IMG/VR virus record: IMGVR_UViG_2563367003_000006
Source: a virus
Taxonomy: Duplodnaviria > Heunggongvirae > Uroviricota > Caudoviricetes
Length of the DNA stretch: 25,778 nucleotides
Direction: 5' to 3' (one strand)
This document shows, piece by piece, positions 24,498-25,778 of the stretch. The notes below the pieces were generated by a model that was given only the letters and a program-made list of their open reading frames with translations, was not told the DNA's origin and searched no databases. Every line of letters begins with the position of its first letter. The stretch's first letter is position 1. The translations under genes and the position numbers were made by a program.

Positions 24498-25778
24498 ATG
24501 AAATATCCGACAGGCGTGGAAAACCATGGAGGGAAATTACGTATCTGGTTTGTTTATAAAGACGTAAGAGTCAGGGAAAATCTGGGGGTTCCTGACACAG
24601 CAAAAAACAGGCGCGTTGCAGGTGAACTACGCTCCTCTGTTTGTTACGCAATAAAAACTGGTGTTTTCGACTATGCAAAACAGTTTCCCTCCTCACGCAA
24701 TCTGGAAAAATTTGGTGAGGCCCGACAAGATTTAACCATAAAAGAACTGGCTGAAAAATTTCTGGCACTGAAAGAAACTGAAGTCGCCAAAACATCACTC
24801 AACACATACCGTGCCGTCATCAAAAATATCCTGAGCATAATCGGTGAAAAAAATCTTGCCTCATCGATTAATAAAGAAAAATTACTGGAGGTTCGTAAAG
24901 AGTTACTGACTGGATACCAGATCCCCAAAAGTAACTATATTGTTACACAACCAGGGAGATCGGCTGTAACTGTAAATAATTACATGACAAATCTTAACGC
25001 CGTGTTCCAGTTTGGTGTTGATAACGGTTACCTGGCAGATAATCCGTTTAAGGGGATCTCGCCATTAAAGGAATCAAGAACCATTCCGGATCCTCTTTCG
25101 CGGGAAGAATTTATCCGTCTTATCGATGCGTGCAGAAATCAGCAAGCAAAAAATTTATGGTGTGTTTCTGTTTATACTGGAGTTCGCCCTGGTGAGCTGT
25201 GTGCACTTGGATGGGAGGACATAGATCTGAAAAATGGAACAATGATGATCAGGAGAAATTTAGCAAAAGACCGTTTCACGGTACCAAAAACACAGGCGGG
25301 AACCAATCGGGTCATTCATCTTATTAAGCCAGCAATCGACGCTCTCCGGAGTCAGATGACATTAACGAGACTGAGCAAAGAGCATATCATTGATGTTCAC
25401 CTCAGAGAGTATGGCAGAACAGAAAAACAAAAATGCACCTTTGTTTTTCAACCTGAAGTGTCAGCGAGAGTAAAAAATTATGGTGACCATTTTACCGTTG
25501 ACTCAATAAGGCAGATGTGGGACGCAGCGATAAAACGTGCCGGACTCCGCCATCGAAAATCATATCAGTCGAGACATACTTATGCCTGCTGGTCGCTGAC
25601 AGCTGGTGCTAACCCGGCATTTATAGCAAACCAGATGGGCCATGCAGATGCGCAAATGGTATTTCAGGTATACGGAAAATGGATGTCTGAAAACAATAAT
25701 GCACAGGTAGCTTTGTTAAATACACAGTTAAGCGAGTTTGCCCCAACCATGCCCCATAACGAAGCAATGAAAAATTAA
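24498..25778 (+). CDS. int: Tyrosine site-specific integrase
   Basis: ORF 24483-25778; ATG at 24498 (MKYPTGVENHGGKLRIWF...). C-terminal catalytic signature ...HRKSYQSRHTYACWSLTAG...MGHADAQMVFQVYGKW (R, H-x-x-R, Y). Stop codon is the last three bases of the window. Confidence 0.85.
   Translation: MKYPTGVENHGGKLRIWFVYKDVRVRENLGVPDTAKNRRVAGELRSSVCYAIKTGVFDYAKQFPSSRNLEKFGEARQDLTIKELAEKFLALKETEVAKTSLNTYRAVIKNILSIIGEKNLASSINKEKLLEVRKELLTGYQIPKSNYIVTQPGRSAVTVNNYMTNLNAVFQFGVDNGYLADNPFKGISPLKESRTIPDPLSREEFIRLIDACRNQQAKNLWCVSVYTGVRPGELCALGWEDIDLKNGTMMIRRNLAKDRFTVPKTQAGTNRVIHLIKPAIDALRSQMTLTRLSKEHIIDVHLREYGRTEKQKCTFVFQPEVSARVKNYGDHFTVDSIRQMWDAAIKRAGLRHRKSYQSRHTYACWSLTAGANPAFIANQMGHADAQMVFQVYGKWMSENNNAQVALLNTQLSEFAPTMPHNEAMKN

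Overview
This window is a contiguous stretch of a lambdoid prophage whose gene order resembles the E. coli K-12 Qin cryptic prophage, but far more intact. All gene and family names are from reading the translations and from memory; no database search or alignment was run. Minus strand, right to left: DicC (Cro-like), a replication initiator with an iteron origin, a short methyltransferase, small ORFs, a transposase-like gene with an in-frame amber stop, the relBE-hokD toxin-antitoxin operon, Rem, a DUF968/HNH-like protein, antiterminator Q with a pR'-like promoter and terminator, convergent cold-shock genes, a phage-21-type lysis cassette split by an IS629 copy (1310 bp, 3-bp GCT duplication), an AT-rich accessory cluster, a lambda-type cos site, and terminase Nu1 plus a partial gpA. 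Plus strand, left to right from 19.5 kb: DicA repressor, ydfA-ydfB-ydfC, DicF sRNA, dicB, ydfD, an 835-aa exonuclease, an excisionase-like gene and a tyrosine integrase whose stop codon is the last base of the window. flxA (13.2 kb) is also on the plus strand. I saw no CRISPR array, rRNA or tRNA. I do not see a clear-cut new multi-gene system. The most unusual items are the large exonuclease with a DEDDh 3'-5' exonuclease C-terminal domain and no adjacent annealing protein, two in-frame TAG interruptions within about 1.3 kb, the IS629 insertion that uncouples the endolysin from the holin, a 59-aa two-helix membrane protein with a strong ribosome-binding site, and a shared 16-bp operator motif at both DicA-controlled promoters.
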